A DNA stretch of 64,000 nt from Antedon mediterranea (Eukaryota; Animalia; Echinodermata): the NCBI RefSeq assembly GCF_964355755.1, contig NC_092670.1, positions 6,438,201 to 6,502,200 of the forward strand. The letters run 5' to 3'. Positions 36,501-47,927 of the stretch are shown one piece after another. Every line of letters begins with the position of its first letter. Position 1 is the first letter of the stretch. The notes under the pieces are model-generated. The model ran no database searches. It saw only the letters and a list, made by a program, of their open reading frames with translations, and was not told where the DNA came from. Made by a program: the position numbers and the translations under genes.

Positions 36501-38636
36501 TTTCGTTTATATAGATTTAATTGATATTTGTTAGGAACTATATTATTTATATGGATATTTTTTACTTGGTTAATAAATATTTATTATCAATCATTAAATT
36601 AATTTTTTTTTGTATTTCACAGGTCTCGGAGACTAGACTGTGTCTTTTCAAAATTGCCATTTCTAAACACGTTTAAATATTATATTAGGCATATTGTTAT
36701 ATTAGGCATATAATAATTTACCTCTATTTATATGTACTGTAATTAATATATTCTATAGAGAATAAACGTCTGTCGTGTCTTTTATTATGCAAACAATTAC
36801 GTATGGTTTTAGGATATTAATAAAATATATAGATAATATGCCGTTATAAATCATTCTACCGGCCTACAGTAGGACTATGATGTACAATGATAGATGTGAG
36901 AATAATAATGTATGGATAAAGGACACGATTCTCAAAAGAGGTAATCTGCACCGATATTTAAACATTTAGATTTACGAACGGCGTATGAATGTGAGACACT
37001 GAGTTGCAGTTGCAACTTAATTATTTACATTAATTGATTATTATAAATGAAGAAATAAAAGATATTTAAATTAAAATCTATGGTATAGTATCACCGACAT
37101 ATATGTAAATTATATACTGTATAAATCATACTGTCAAATTATAGAAACAGTACTTTATTCGGAATTATTATGGATAAGCAAGCCTGTGAGCTACAGCGAC
37201 TTTAATTGCTTTTGCTTATCCTTGCCTCCTTAGATTTCCACGTGTCTTTATTTTGTTACCTATGTTTTAATATTTTGATTTTAGAGGCTAAATAAAGAAT
37301 GAATGAATGAATGAACATGATCTGGGGTTTATTTCAGTAACTCGCCTTTTAACCATCCACATTATAATGATCATTTTACTAAAAACTATTTTAAACATTA
37401 GAAATAAAAATATACACGTGATTTGCCTCAACAATAATCATTATAAATACATAATAGAAAAATAACGCTTAAAAAAGAACGACGTTTCGACTCCATCATG
37501 GGGTAATTTTCAAGTCCAATGAATAAAATTTAAATAAACAACTAATTAAATAACAAAAGCCAAGGGTCAAAGTTTAAATAACAAAAGACCTATAATCATT
37601 ACACTTAATATTATCCTACATAACGGATAGAAATAAAAATAAGGTGATCGAATAGTATATTGTTAACGACATGGATATGATATAATCTGCCACAGTATGC
37701 ATAAGTATAAAAATAAATGGATACGTGGCTTTACGGGCTATATTGTAAAAATTATTGTTTTAAAATAAATTGTTCTCTTTTACGTAGGTCTAGTTGTTTG
37801 CATAATAAAAGACACGACAGACGTATATTCTCTATATAATATATTAATTACAGTACATATAAATAGAGGTAAATTATTATATGCCTAATATAACATTATG
37901 CCTAATATAATATTTAAACTTGTTTAGAAAATGGCCATTTTGAAAAGACACAGTCCTTCTCCGAGACCTGTGAAATACAAAAAAAAAAATAATTTAATGA
38001 TTGATAATAAATATTTATTAACCAATTCAAAAATATCCACATAGTATAGGCCTAAATAATAATATAATAGGCCTAGTTCCTAAAAAATATCAATTAAATC
38101 TATATAAACGAAAAATGTATATCCCGCTGTAGCATGCATCCCGCTCGGTCCATACACAAAGAAGCGCGACCGATTTCAAACGCGACCGATATCATCAAAA
38201 GTATAGCTCTAGCTAGGCCTAGCGGCGCGCCATACAAATTACCGGAAGTTGATTTTATCACGACCGATTTCATCGTAAACCAGCCAAGGCCGCCTCCCTA
38301 CTACTGTAGGCCTATCTACTCTAACCTACTAGCCTAGGCCTAGCGCTACGTACCTACATAGACTAGAGGCCTACCACACTGCACTACTGCCGGCCTAGCC
38401 TACCTACTACTAGCTACTAGGCCTAGGCAGGCTAGTCCTAGCTAGTAGGCCTCGTAGTCCTAGCTATAGGCGCGCCTATCTTCTTAGTTAGTAAATTCAA
38501 ATTAAATACATTTACCAGCTGTACCAAACGTCAATCCTTCATACTGATTTATGTACTCTTCTTCTAATTTCTTGTTATTTATAATCTGTTGTTTTTTAAT
38601 TTCTTTAATACTACTTTTGGAGCGTCGATTAGCCAT
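27423..38636 (-). CDS. LRRC46: leucine-rich repeat-containing protein 46-like gene, spliced, about 295 aa
   Basis: complement join(38636-38516,36204-36114,31523-31415,29557-29401,29011-28942,27982-27810,27589-27423); GT-AG introns, phases 1,2,0,1,2,1 consistent. Motifs LIAKRNL, VRLDRENI..IDNLE, NLYLQQNMIQRIENL, LRFLVLSGNKI, FLDLSENLI, PSLIILNMSGNEC..NYR and an acidic SSSDEEE tract match LRRC46. Confidence 0.9.
27810..27982 (-). CDS. LRRC46: LRRC46 exon 6
   Basis: RPNTIKSLRNLKQLDNVEI...SSSDEEETEDEE...; G/GTAAGA donor. Confidence 0.85.
28071..28234. mobile_element. Harbinger/Tourist-like MITE
   Basis: Same family as 17188-17346; TAA TSD on both sides. Confidence 0.85.
28942..29011 (-). CDS. 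LRRC46: LRRC46 exon 5
   Basis: DELPPSLIILNMSGNECTKENNYR; TTTCTAG acceptor, AG/GTAGTA donor. Confidence 0.88.
29401..29557 (-). CDS. LRRC46: LRRC46 exon 4 (LRRs)
   Basis: NMIQRIENLESLCHLRFLVLSGNKIEKVKNLHSIKSLMFLDLSENLIVHLDI; overlaps ORF 29342-29554. Confidence 0.92.
29583..30075 (-). mobile_element. 5'-truncated, frameshifted LINE 3' end (CR1/L2-group)
   Basis: FQTYDSVQVHDTRNKNN / TNIGQRGIFYEGPRIWNNI resembles the C-terminus of the RT ORF at 57861-58982; AATAAA plus (TTA)n tail. Confidence 0.75.
30214..30460 (+). mobile_element. 5S rRNA-derived SINE (SINE3-type) or 5S pseudogene with unrelated body
   Basis: ACGGCCTTACCATG...AAGCAACGTCGGGC...TGGATGGGAGACC..CTGGGAATATCGGGAGCTG matches 5S rRNA with an internal deletion; about 150 bp of non-5S body follows. 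Confidence 0.7.
30468..31334. mobile_element. non-autonomous TIR element with palindromic subterminal repeats
   Basis: Clusters of TTGCGCAATTTCAAATTGCGCAA-like motifs at 30545-30667 and 31155-31298; weak terminal IR ACAGTC...GACTGT. Confidence 0.55.
31415..31523 (-). CDS. LRRC46: LRRC46 exon 3
   Basis: LIESLTKISHVRLDRENIEHIDNLEMLGPVTNLYLQQ; CACAG acceptor, CAG/GTGAGT donor. Confidence 0.92.
31576..33554 (-). mobile_element. about 2-kb non-autonomous Mutator-like element, copy A
   Basis: Ends GGTAGTAACAAAGTGCGAGGCA...TGCCTCGCACTTTGTCAACACTCC; many TGCGAGGCA subterminal repeats; flanks AAAAAAAAG and AAAAAAAAA; reverse complement of 34045-36070. Confidence 0.85.
34045..36070 (+). mobile_element. 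about 2-kb non-autonomous Mutator-like element, copy B
   Basis: GG...CC termini; perfect 9-bp TSD CTTACCTAG at 34036-34044 and 36071-36079. Confidence 0.88.
36114..36204 (-). CDS. LRRC46: LRRC46 exon 2
   Basis: ENVSNPARISFSLIAKRNLAASVANGPHEK; CT/GTAAGT donor. The acceptor is the first AG after a TACTAAC and poly-T tract; an in-frame ATG at 36217 is an alternative start. Confidence 0.82.
36344..38281. mobile_element. about 1.9-kb foldback/Mutator-like element with about 460-bp TIRs
   Basis: 36344-36800 is the reverse complement of about 37790-38281; 8-bp flanks AGCCTAGG and AGCCAAGG. Confidence 0.85.
38516..38636 (-). CDS. LRRC46: probable LRRC46 exon 1
   Basis: MANRRSKSSIKEIKKQQIINNKKLEEEYINQYEGLTFGTA with G/GTAAAT donor, phase 1 matching the exon 2 acceptor; lies next to a CpG-rich promoter-like patch. 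Confidence 0.62.
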
Positions 38637-38800
38637 GACAACTGTTACAGTAATAACGCCCTCTATAACTGATTTACTTACCAGAGCCATATAAAGAGTT
38701 ACGACATTGAAAATTAGAAGCCATTTTTGTGTCAAAGAATTCGCACGCTGAGGGCGCGCGCGTCTCTTTTGTATAGCGTTTTCCTGTAGTTCCATGCATT
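38628..38800 (-). promoter_or_regulatory. putative LRRC46 promoter region with X-box-like motif
   Basis: GTTGTCATGGCTAAT (minus strand, 38642-38628) resembles the RFX X-box GTTGCCATGGCAAC; CpG cluster CGCACGCTGAGGGCGCGCGCG. Confidence 0.35.
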
Positions 38801-41800
38801 ATTTTTAGATTTTTTTGTCAATGAAATAACGCTTAGATTCCGTTTTTATTTTAGTAATTTATTTTATTACTTGTATTAATTTGGTAACATATATATATTG
38901 TGTCTATAATAACAAAAGAATAAATGCTAGGGCCTACATGCAAGTCAGGATACATCAAAGCATGAACCAATACAAAAAACACACAAATTCACCCCTCTTT
39001 TTATACATTATGCTCTCCGTGTGTTTTTGACACAAACTTTCAGAGACTCGTTCATCATTTCATTTGTAATAATTTGCCTTTATTATTTTAATATTGTTCA
39101 TACCCTATTCAATATATTAACAAATATATCCACGACACTTTATTATTTTATTTAGTCATCAAAGCATGCATTATGAATTGAAAATATTACATAATTGTTA
39201 TTAATAGGACGTAGTTATGGGATGTTTCGTTCCAAAATCAATCAATCGAACTTTATAATGTACTAGCGCACGCGCGCGCAATATTCTTTGCAGCAAGTAC
39301 TTCTGTACGCTGTGCACATCGATATTTCACCGTAAAATGTGTAATTACATTTTTTTAAATATAAGAAAAAGTTTAAAGTATTTTCTTGCTCCTGTACTTT
39401 ACATGCAATAACGGAGACAAGTTTGATACAAATTGATCTGCATATCACGTGACTATAATCCAATGTCGTAACTCTTTATATATATGGCTCTGCCCCCCCC
39501 CCCCCCACACGTCGTGCACCCCCTCTATCTCTCTCTAGCATGCAGCTCTCCGCGTTCGCGCTCTGCGACGGAAATTATCCTTAGGCTATTTTATGTATAC
39601 CCCTTTATGATGAATGGATTAACCCACAACTTTTCACAAAATTGTACCACACTTGTCAGCGACCTCCTCTCTCTGTGTTTTATCAATATTTAAAGCATGC
39701 TGGTTATAAAAAAACCCATGTTGTCAAATTTCTAAAAATAATTCATCTTTGACCTCTGACCTCAATTTGAATATTTTGACCCATTGAAACAAAATGGCCA
39801 TATCTTTGCAACTAATAATAGTGTCAAATTATTTGGAAGATGCATATTAATATTCGTTTTAATGGAACAGTCCAAAAATGGCCAGAAGTATGATTTTGGT
39901 ATTTTTAACCTTTGACCTACATATCATAACTCGGTAGCTAACAGTTGGACAAACTTTAAAAAGGGCTCAAATTAATCTGAAGGTATAATATGTTTCTATT
40001 TAGTCTAATAAGAACTTTTTCAAGATTGCGATAGTAAAACCGAATTTTCTCACAATCGCTTATCAAAACAATAACAACAAAAAAGGCATAGGCTTATAGG
40101 GCCTACAAACACCTCACTATTCAACTTTTGTTGTGAAGTGCTGATCAAAATGAGTTAATAACATACGTTGTAGTCTGATGACACCAGTCTTTTTGTAGTG
40201 TGCCATTTGTAATTAAAATAAAGTATTTAGAGTTGTGAACAATTTAAGTGGATGGCGCCTGACATTACAAAACATTCATATCCAATGATAAAATGAAAGG
40301 AAGTAGGCCTAGCCCCCTATATATGCTTCAATTCAAAATCAATAATTCATTTCACGGTCTCGGTCGCAAACTTGTTATTCACCCATAATATGACTATTAT
40401 TCGTTTTAACTGAAATCTATATTGACAATTTCTTTTTCACAAAATTTAAATTTCCTTTGAAATTTTATAATTACAATTCCAAACACCGTCGTTGCTAAAC
40501 ACCCAATGTGACATAAACAGCGAGTTTTTAGAAATGAATTAATTTATAGAAATCTCACGAAGAGAACACAGCTGATTTTCCGGAGATGAATATTAATTAT
40601 AGAATTCCTGGCGCTCTTTATTCATTATTTTCAACATATTGATTAATAAAGAGTAATAGAATAAATAAGAGTTACTAATATTTATGTTTCAAATAACAAG
40701 CAATAACATGAGAAACATGAGTCTTGCCTGATTATGAGTAATCATCTTATTATCTATTTATTGTGAAAATTGTTAATAAATGCTGAATAAATACTTCTGA
40801 TATTAAGTTCAGTTTTTTCCTATGAACTTTTTACTTTGTCTTTAAAAAAATATATCTATCTATTTATTTTTTAATAGATTGGGAAAATATAATGTATATC
40901 GGTCTTGTGGTTTAGGAGGACCCAACGAACACCATGGGTTAGTGTTCAATTATACAGTAATATGATGAATATAATATGTAGTAGGGCCTAGCCTAAAATG
41001 AGGTTAAAAAAGAAGAAAAAGCTGAAAAAGAAATAAAGATTAAAACTTATTATACAATAATAACGAAAAAACAAAGAACCATTCAAGGTATAACGGTACA
41101 ACAATTTCCGTAAGGCGTCAGGATATGACAATTACCAAAACAAAGATTCTGAATAAATACTTTTAATTAGATTTACCCAAACTATTAATACAATTTCCTC
41201 AAGTTAAATGGGGAGTAATTGGGCCTATTATTGTTAACACTCTCTTATACACTTGTTAAAACGACCTAAGTTTAAAGAACCAGAGTGCATCTTTCGAAGC
41301 AGTAATAGTTAGGCCTACCTGTACTGGCCCATCTCAGTCCCTGCCACTGTGGGTGGTGATGAGCGCCGTTGGTCATGGTCAATTATTTTCATTTTAATAT
41401 CAACTTGAGAGCTGCCTAATTAAATATTGATAATTTTATATATCATTGAATCATGTTTTTTGAATGAAGTGAAATCAGCGAATTTCTATTCATCAAAGGA
41501 CAAATACAGAGATTGTTGGTACATAAACTGATAAAAAGACACCCCTGCTATTATGTGTTATGAATATATTTTGATACAAATCTCTAAAATGTACAAGTCT
41601 AAAGCTCTGTCTACACTATGAAACTAGTTAGGACAAAAAAAAAATGTGTAAGCGAAGAATATCATCAAGTAATACAAGAAGAAACTGACATCTCGAATTA
41701 AATTTACATTTACATTGATGAACTTAAGATAAACAACAACAACTTTTTTACTATAGGCCTACATTGAAATTAAATTCGCTTTCTCTCATTCATTATGAAC

Positions 41801-42687
41801 GCGTAGCTTTGTCCTTAAAATGCTATTTCTAGTTTACCTACGTAATACGACTTTCAGATTTTCGAATATACAGATGTAGACTATAATTATAGAGTATATA
41901 AGCAATTTAATGTTTATTGTGCGAGCGTTTTGATGTGTATCCGGCCTATTTAGACCTATCCATATCCTTCCCGTGCACTTCAGTTAGTCATCTTCCTTGG
42001 CGTATAATGTGACTGATTGAAATGTATATTGGGCTTGAAAAAAGGTAAGTGCGGCTATAAACTTATACACATTTTTAATTGGATCATTACGATGGTTGAG
42101 AAAACATTGTGACGGTACAGGGCGTGGAAAAGTTTTGTTTTTTTCTGGTTTACAAAAAGCAATTATAACTGTAAATTATTAGTTAGGTAGGCAGGCAGGT
42201 AAACAAGTATTTATATACTGTAGTATACAGTTTGGAATCCCATTAATTCTCCTGAAAGGATGTAGGCCTATAGCGTACAGTTGTTCAGGTCTAGGCCTAA
42301 TTTTGTTCAAACGTTCGTACAACAGCAGTTGTGCTCAGTAAACAATAGTCAGAATCTTCAGCAGCAATTAATATAAGCTGGTAGGTTATGATCACAGTTG
42401 ACATAAACCATAATGGCAGTATTAAAGGCTCGCATTTTAGCTTGTAAAAACAATCACCTTGGTGGAAAAGTACGCATTAGAAATCTTTATTCGGGCCTAT
42501 GATTCATATTATTAACAGGTAGATTTAGTCATTTATACTGGTTGATGTTAGGAGATACACTTAATTATTATATTATTCGTATATTATCACATATTATACT
42601 ATTACTGTTTTGTATATTGGTATCAGATAAAGTTCAGTAACCAGGTTGCACCTAAGTTGTTCCTCATGCTCATAAATCGAGGTGGTA

Positions 42688-42830
42688 AGATCTGTCTAGA
42701 CTATCAAACTTTATGTGACAAAAAATGTGATGTGATGTGTCCAAATATGGTAGTGGTATGCCCAAAGATGGTAGTGATATGACATCATCATGTCCATATA
42801 TGGGCAGTTTGATAGTGTAGACACAAGACT
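42688..42830. mobile_element. Harbinger/Tourist-like MITE (a partial copy also starts at 41603)
   Basis: Same TIR and internal CCCAAATATGGTAGTG-like repeats. Confidence 0.8.
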
Positions 42831-43549
42831 TTATAAGTGTCATATTAATGTAAAATAATCTACTTACAATGTAGTAAAACATCCAGCTAATGTACAGTAG
42901 AAACACCAACAGCTTATGTATAGTAAAATAAAACCACCACCTAATAGGCCTAAACCTGATTTTAACCACCTGGTGTAACCCTGTTTACTAATAAAATTGA
43001 GTTAGAAAATTAGTTATTGACAAATTAAAGCGAACTTAGGTTCAATATTTGCCCCAAATAGGAGTGTTTTCCGATCGTGGTATACACTGTCTAATGGATG
43101 TCCATCTTGAAAAATAGCCGCACACAATAATACAAAGATGTTCCGCATTTACCTAATATCTCCTTCTACGATAATTGTTTTTAGTAGCTGAAACCGTTTG
43201 AACAGCTCGAGTAGGCCTACATCATCATAATGTTGAAGACAGACCGATTTCTTAAAAAATACTATTGATAGATAAAAATATAAACGTTGTAGTGCTGTAT
43301 CGTTACACTAGCTTACTATTTCAATCGACTATGAGACAGTTTTAAAAAATCAAATCGCAAATTTATAGGCCTAACCATGAACAAAATATTTCGTTTCGAG
43401 TGGATAAAGAATATATTTAAAAATTGTTCTTCTTTGTATCCATCCTCTTCTCCATCCCTCAACCCTATGTTACATACAAAGCAAAAATTGTGGATTATAA
43501 TTGTGTTTTAAATTAAGTTTCTATTATATAATTCATTTATTTAAAACAG

Positions 43550-43861
43550 GTGGGCTCGTTTTGTAAGTAAAAAAAGACCGGCATGCCCCCGGCATGACCA
43601 TGGCTATTCGATTTTTAAAAATTATTTTATGTGCGCTTTCATTGGGGATACCTGGTGTGTACGACGCTGGTTACGTACGTAAATGCGTGACGCGTGACAG
43701 TGGAAAACTGTTTACACTACGAAAGTGTAAACGACAGCCGCTCGATCTTACAGCAGTCAGATATTCTCACATGATCTTCTCCCTCTAGGCTTTGACCAGG
43801 CAAGAACCGATGTTTCAACCTGGTAAGGCCATAAACAGGACATTAAATCCGTTCAAAATAG
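43550..43861 (+). other. candidate non-coding 5' exon or promoter region, possibly of the NXPE gene
   Basis: CpG-rich patch with donors TG/GTAAGG (43823) and AG/GTAAAT (43862), followed by a TAGGCCTA cluster; another strong donor AAG/GTAAGT lies near 42045. Confidence 0.3.
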
Positions 43862-44129
43862 GTAAATATTTTTTTCCTGTAACATGTGAGTGAATGGCCT
43901 ATTTGGTACATCATAATACAGTACTAGCCTAGGCCTACTAGCCTAGTAACTACTGATACTAATACCTTCAACCGTACTAGACTAGGGCCTACTACTCTAG
44001 GTTTAGGCCTGGCCCTAGCTAGCTAGTAGTAGTAGTAGGCTAGGCCTATACTACTACTCCTACTACTAATAGTTAACTACTATTAGTATTAGGCCTAGTG
44101 TTTAGCCTAGGCCTAATACCATTGATATG

Positions 44130-44960
44130 ACTTGGCAAAGTGTTATTAATTATCATTCCTAATTATTGTTTCAGCGCCACATAATAGTCCCAATATTCCG
44201 CATGCGCGGCCTACGTACTAACACGAACAAAAAAAACTATTGTCCAAAATAAAAACGTAAATTGTTATTTCAATTTACAAGATGTATTGTTATACATGGT
44301 TTAGTACGAATTATTGCTTAACTAAACATCTTTAACTAACTATATATATATGCTATTCATTGTATATTCATCTGGTTTCGAATACCCCAATAGGCCTAAT
44401 TATTAATAATTATACTATGTCCCAATATTCCCCGCGTGCGCCCAAGGCCTACTAACACGAAAAAACTATTGTTCAAAATGGAAACGCAAATTATTATTAG
44501 TTCAATGTATGAGATAGATGTTTTGTTATACACTGTTTATAACGAATTATTCTTTCCATTTCCTTTTTTCTAACGATTTTTTTTAGTCCAATTTTAAGAT
44601 ACAGTAGATGTTTATTATAATTTTATACTGTTATCAAACGAATTATATTTTATCTAACGATATTCCATTGTTTGTAAATATTCATCTGGTTTTGAATACT
44701 ATAAATAATTTTTGACATTAATCCAATTTACAGGATAGCCAGTATATTTTTCATTATAATTTTATCGACATTTACCCTAGACCTTGAACGAATTATGTTT
44801 CAACTAACGATGTTTCATTGTAGGCCTAATTGTTCATCTGGTTTCGAAGAGTACTCCAATTATTAGTTTAATTTACAAGTAGCCTTTATCACTTTATTGA
44901 TATTGAGAGCGAATTTTAATTTAAATAATTAGCCTATATTCCATTGTAAATATTATAATA
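44130..44960. repeat. degenerate tandem repeat of about 180-250-bp units
   Basis: Recurrent ACGAATTAT, TATTC(C)ATTG and TTCATCTGGTTT(C/T)GAA blocks. Confidence 0.7.
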
Positions 44961-45879
44961 TGGTATCCGTATAGTAATTTGGAAGGCTAGGACGAAAAAC
45001 CTTAACAGAGACGAAGGTGAGCACCAGGTAGCCAAACTGTATTAAATGATCCTTATTATTAGACACCCAGAGCTCAGCTGTTAATTAAAAGCTGTTCGTG
45101 TAAGAAACAACGAATTTACTGTCACGGTAACTTTTTGCTATTACATAGCACTGTGGCTATCAAGGTTTTAATACGTTATCCCATAGAGATGATTATCCAC
45201 ACTAGGCGGATAACCTGCTGTGTAGTGTCCAATCATCAACATGTTTTGTTTGGAGTGTTCAATAATCTTAAAACTAAACCAGAGAAGAGTGAAATTATAC
45301 TCTTCTCTAAACAGAACATTTGTGTAATTTGCCCATTATCAGAATCACGCGGAGTAGTTACAATAGATTGTTAGAAAATCTACAGTAAGATTATCCATAA
45401 ATATTTTTGAAAACCAAACGACAGTTTTCAGTTAAACGTAACATAATTATAATTATATAAAAGTAAATTTTCATGTTACACAATAAACGTCACTCACACT
45501 CAATTAAAAAAAAACTCCCGCACAATTAATATTAATATCAAATTAGTATAGAGGTTTCGGGCAAGTTTATAAAACTAACTTTGGAAGCTGTTGCATTGAC
45601 GTGGCCTATGAATGTGCCTGAAGAATGACGTCATCATATGGTGGGTTTCCTAAAAATATATTTTATATATATAAAATATATTCATTTTCATCGCGTGCAA
45701 GATACCGCGCATCTCGCTTTTACGTGCCCGATTTTCTTCCAAATGTTAATATGTTCTTCCAAACATTCTTCCAAACATGTTATCTTTTATTTTGATGAAG
45801 TTATCGTGTTAGAAATTTAGGATATAAATGGGTCTCGTCACATACATTGATGTACTAAAGACGGATACTGGTATGCAGA

Positions 45880-46030
45880 GTCACAAGGGCAGATAGAAAG
45901 TTATTGATAAATCTAGTCATATAAGTTCGGGACGGTATGTCCCGAACTAAGTAAGTAAGTAAGTAAATAAGTAAGTAAGTAAGTAAGTAAGTAAATAAAT
46001 AAGTAAGTATGTAAGTAAGAAGTAAGTAAG
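45880..46030 (+). mobile_element. RTE-like LINE 3' remnant with (TAAG)n tail
   Basis: RADRK-type C-terminal peptide, hairpin AGTTCGGGAC...GTCCCGAACT, then (TAAG)n. Confidence 0.5.
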
Positions 46031-46679
46031 TGAAGTCGGTATACGCAAAATAGTAGACAGCCTGGCGCACAATATAATTCTGCTGTAATAGGTGCTTTAG
46101 GTCATAGAATGGAAGAAAATAACTTTCCGCGCTCAAATTTTAACGTACGTGGATGCTGCGATAACCTATAACTTACGTGTTTTAATTCAAATTCAAATAA
46201 ATCTTTTATTTTGGTATCATACTACAGTATAGAAAATAGCATAATTACGTCTAAAGTAAGAAAAAATAAGACGGCACTGACTATTTATAATAAGACTGCT
46301 CTCATCTCATGATGCCAATCCAACTGGGAAGCATATTTGACTTAGTTATACAATGCTTAATATGTAGATAATAACGTCTTATAAGACGTTATTATCTACA
46401 TATATTAGTAGGTCTCAAAGAAATAGTGGTTTTTTTATTGTAATGTTACCAATTTCCATTTAAAAGAGCTGATTAACATATTGATTTCCTTCGCTACAGG
46501 ATGCAATGAAAACAAACAACAATACAAAAATAATTACGTTTCATTGGAGCAACTATATATTAAAGTATATTAAATATTGCTGATTCAGGTTTCATCAGTA
46601 GTTTTTACTATTATTACTATTTAAAGATGTTTTATTGTCCCACTGAAAAAACTTAAACTTGAATATGTATGTATATTAA

Positions 46680-46752
46680 ACTTGAATATGCCAGCTTCCG
46701 CTGGCTGGGTCACCCTCGTGAAATATGGTTGAATAAATAAATAAATAAATAA
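46680..46752 (+). mobile_element. LINE/SINE 3' tail fragment
   Basis: CAGCTTCCGCTGGCTGGGTCACCCTCGTGAAATATGGTTG(AATA)n; homologous to 60290-60350. Confidence 0.6.
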
Positions 46753-47249
46753 TGTCACATAATAGTTATCCACTTTGACCAAAAAGTGGATCTAAAAAGA
46801 TTATTTAGGCCTACCTGAAAAAACTGTAAATTAAAGCAAAAAATCGTCAAATTCATGGGTGCCATCCAATGGGGTTTAGGTTTATTTCCACAATTTATTT
46901 TGTCATTTTATAGGTGAGTGCATACTTTTATTAAAGCTACAAATTAACCTATTAAAACTAATTTGATCAGTTTACTTGCCAATACGTAATTTTTTTCAAA
47001 CGTGCTTTTCTAATTACGACTTCGGGGCTGCTTATGCTGTGCGTTCGATAAGAGGACCATTTCGTAAAACCCCCGATGGTTTACGATGCCACAATATTGC
47101 ACATCATCGCATTTGATTATTTTTATTCAAAAATTGAACATTTGGTAGCATAATTGTTATGTTTTATTATATAATATTAAATAATTTAAGTGTTTGGAAA
47201 AACTATTTGGTATCAAATGAAAGCCCATCAAATATTCCTTTTTTCCTCG

Positions 47250-47927
47250 TTTTTAGTCGCGTGGACGCGACTCTATAGTTCACTATGTCGGTCGGTCGGT
47301 CGGTCTGTCGGTCCGGTATCACTATGCGTTTTATCGCTTTCTGACCTTATCTTGATATCAGTTTAATCTAGCTAAGTCAGTATATTCCTTATGGCCAGGA
47401 ATCGATGTGGTTATGTTTTCACGGTGCGCAATAAAAAATTTCGCGGTCTACGCAAGATTTAAAAAAATCACGTTTGTAATCATATCTTGTGTGATAAGTG
47501 AAAGATTAACTAATTTCATTAGCACTGGAACTATTACAGGAGCGCAATCCCTTAAAAGCTAAGTTGGAATAGGATCTAGCTCACAAGATATAATCGGGAT
47601 GCCTTGATCAATTTCTCGATCTCCTCATCTGTGGTTGGTTCAAGAATAGACAGTTGACAGCTTAAAGGAGCACTTGTACTTGCACGCATGTAACGCATGC
47701 GTACGCGCACTTAAAATTTTCAAAATTTATTTTCGATGAAATAAGAGTACGTTTCAGGCAATTTTAAGCGTTTACAAAATTGCCATGAGTGCGCACTCTT
47801 TTTGCCCGATTTCTGTTTTCTTGACTTACTTTTCAACTCGAAATTTCGGTCAGTTGGTAGGTTGGTCGGTCGGTCGGTCGGTAAACACTAATGAGCACGC
47901 GACTGCAGCCATCTATATGGCCTTGTT
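47250..47927 (+). mobile_element. Helentron-associated element (HINE/DINE-1-like)
   Basis: 5' TTTTAGTCGCGTGGACGCGACT, (GTCG)n microsatellites, 3' subterminal IR CACGCGACT, hairpin GCCATCTATATGGC, CTTGTT end. Confidence 0.8.
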
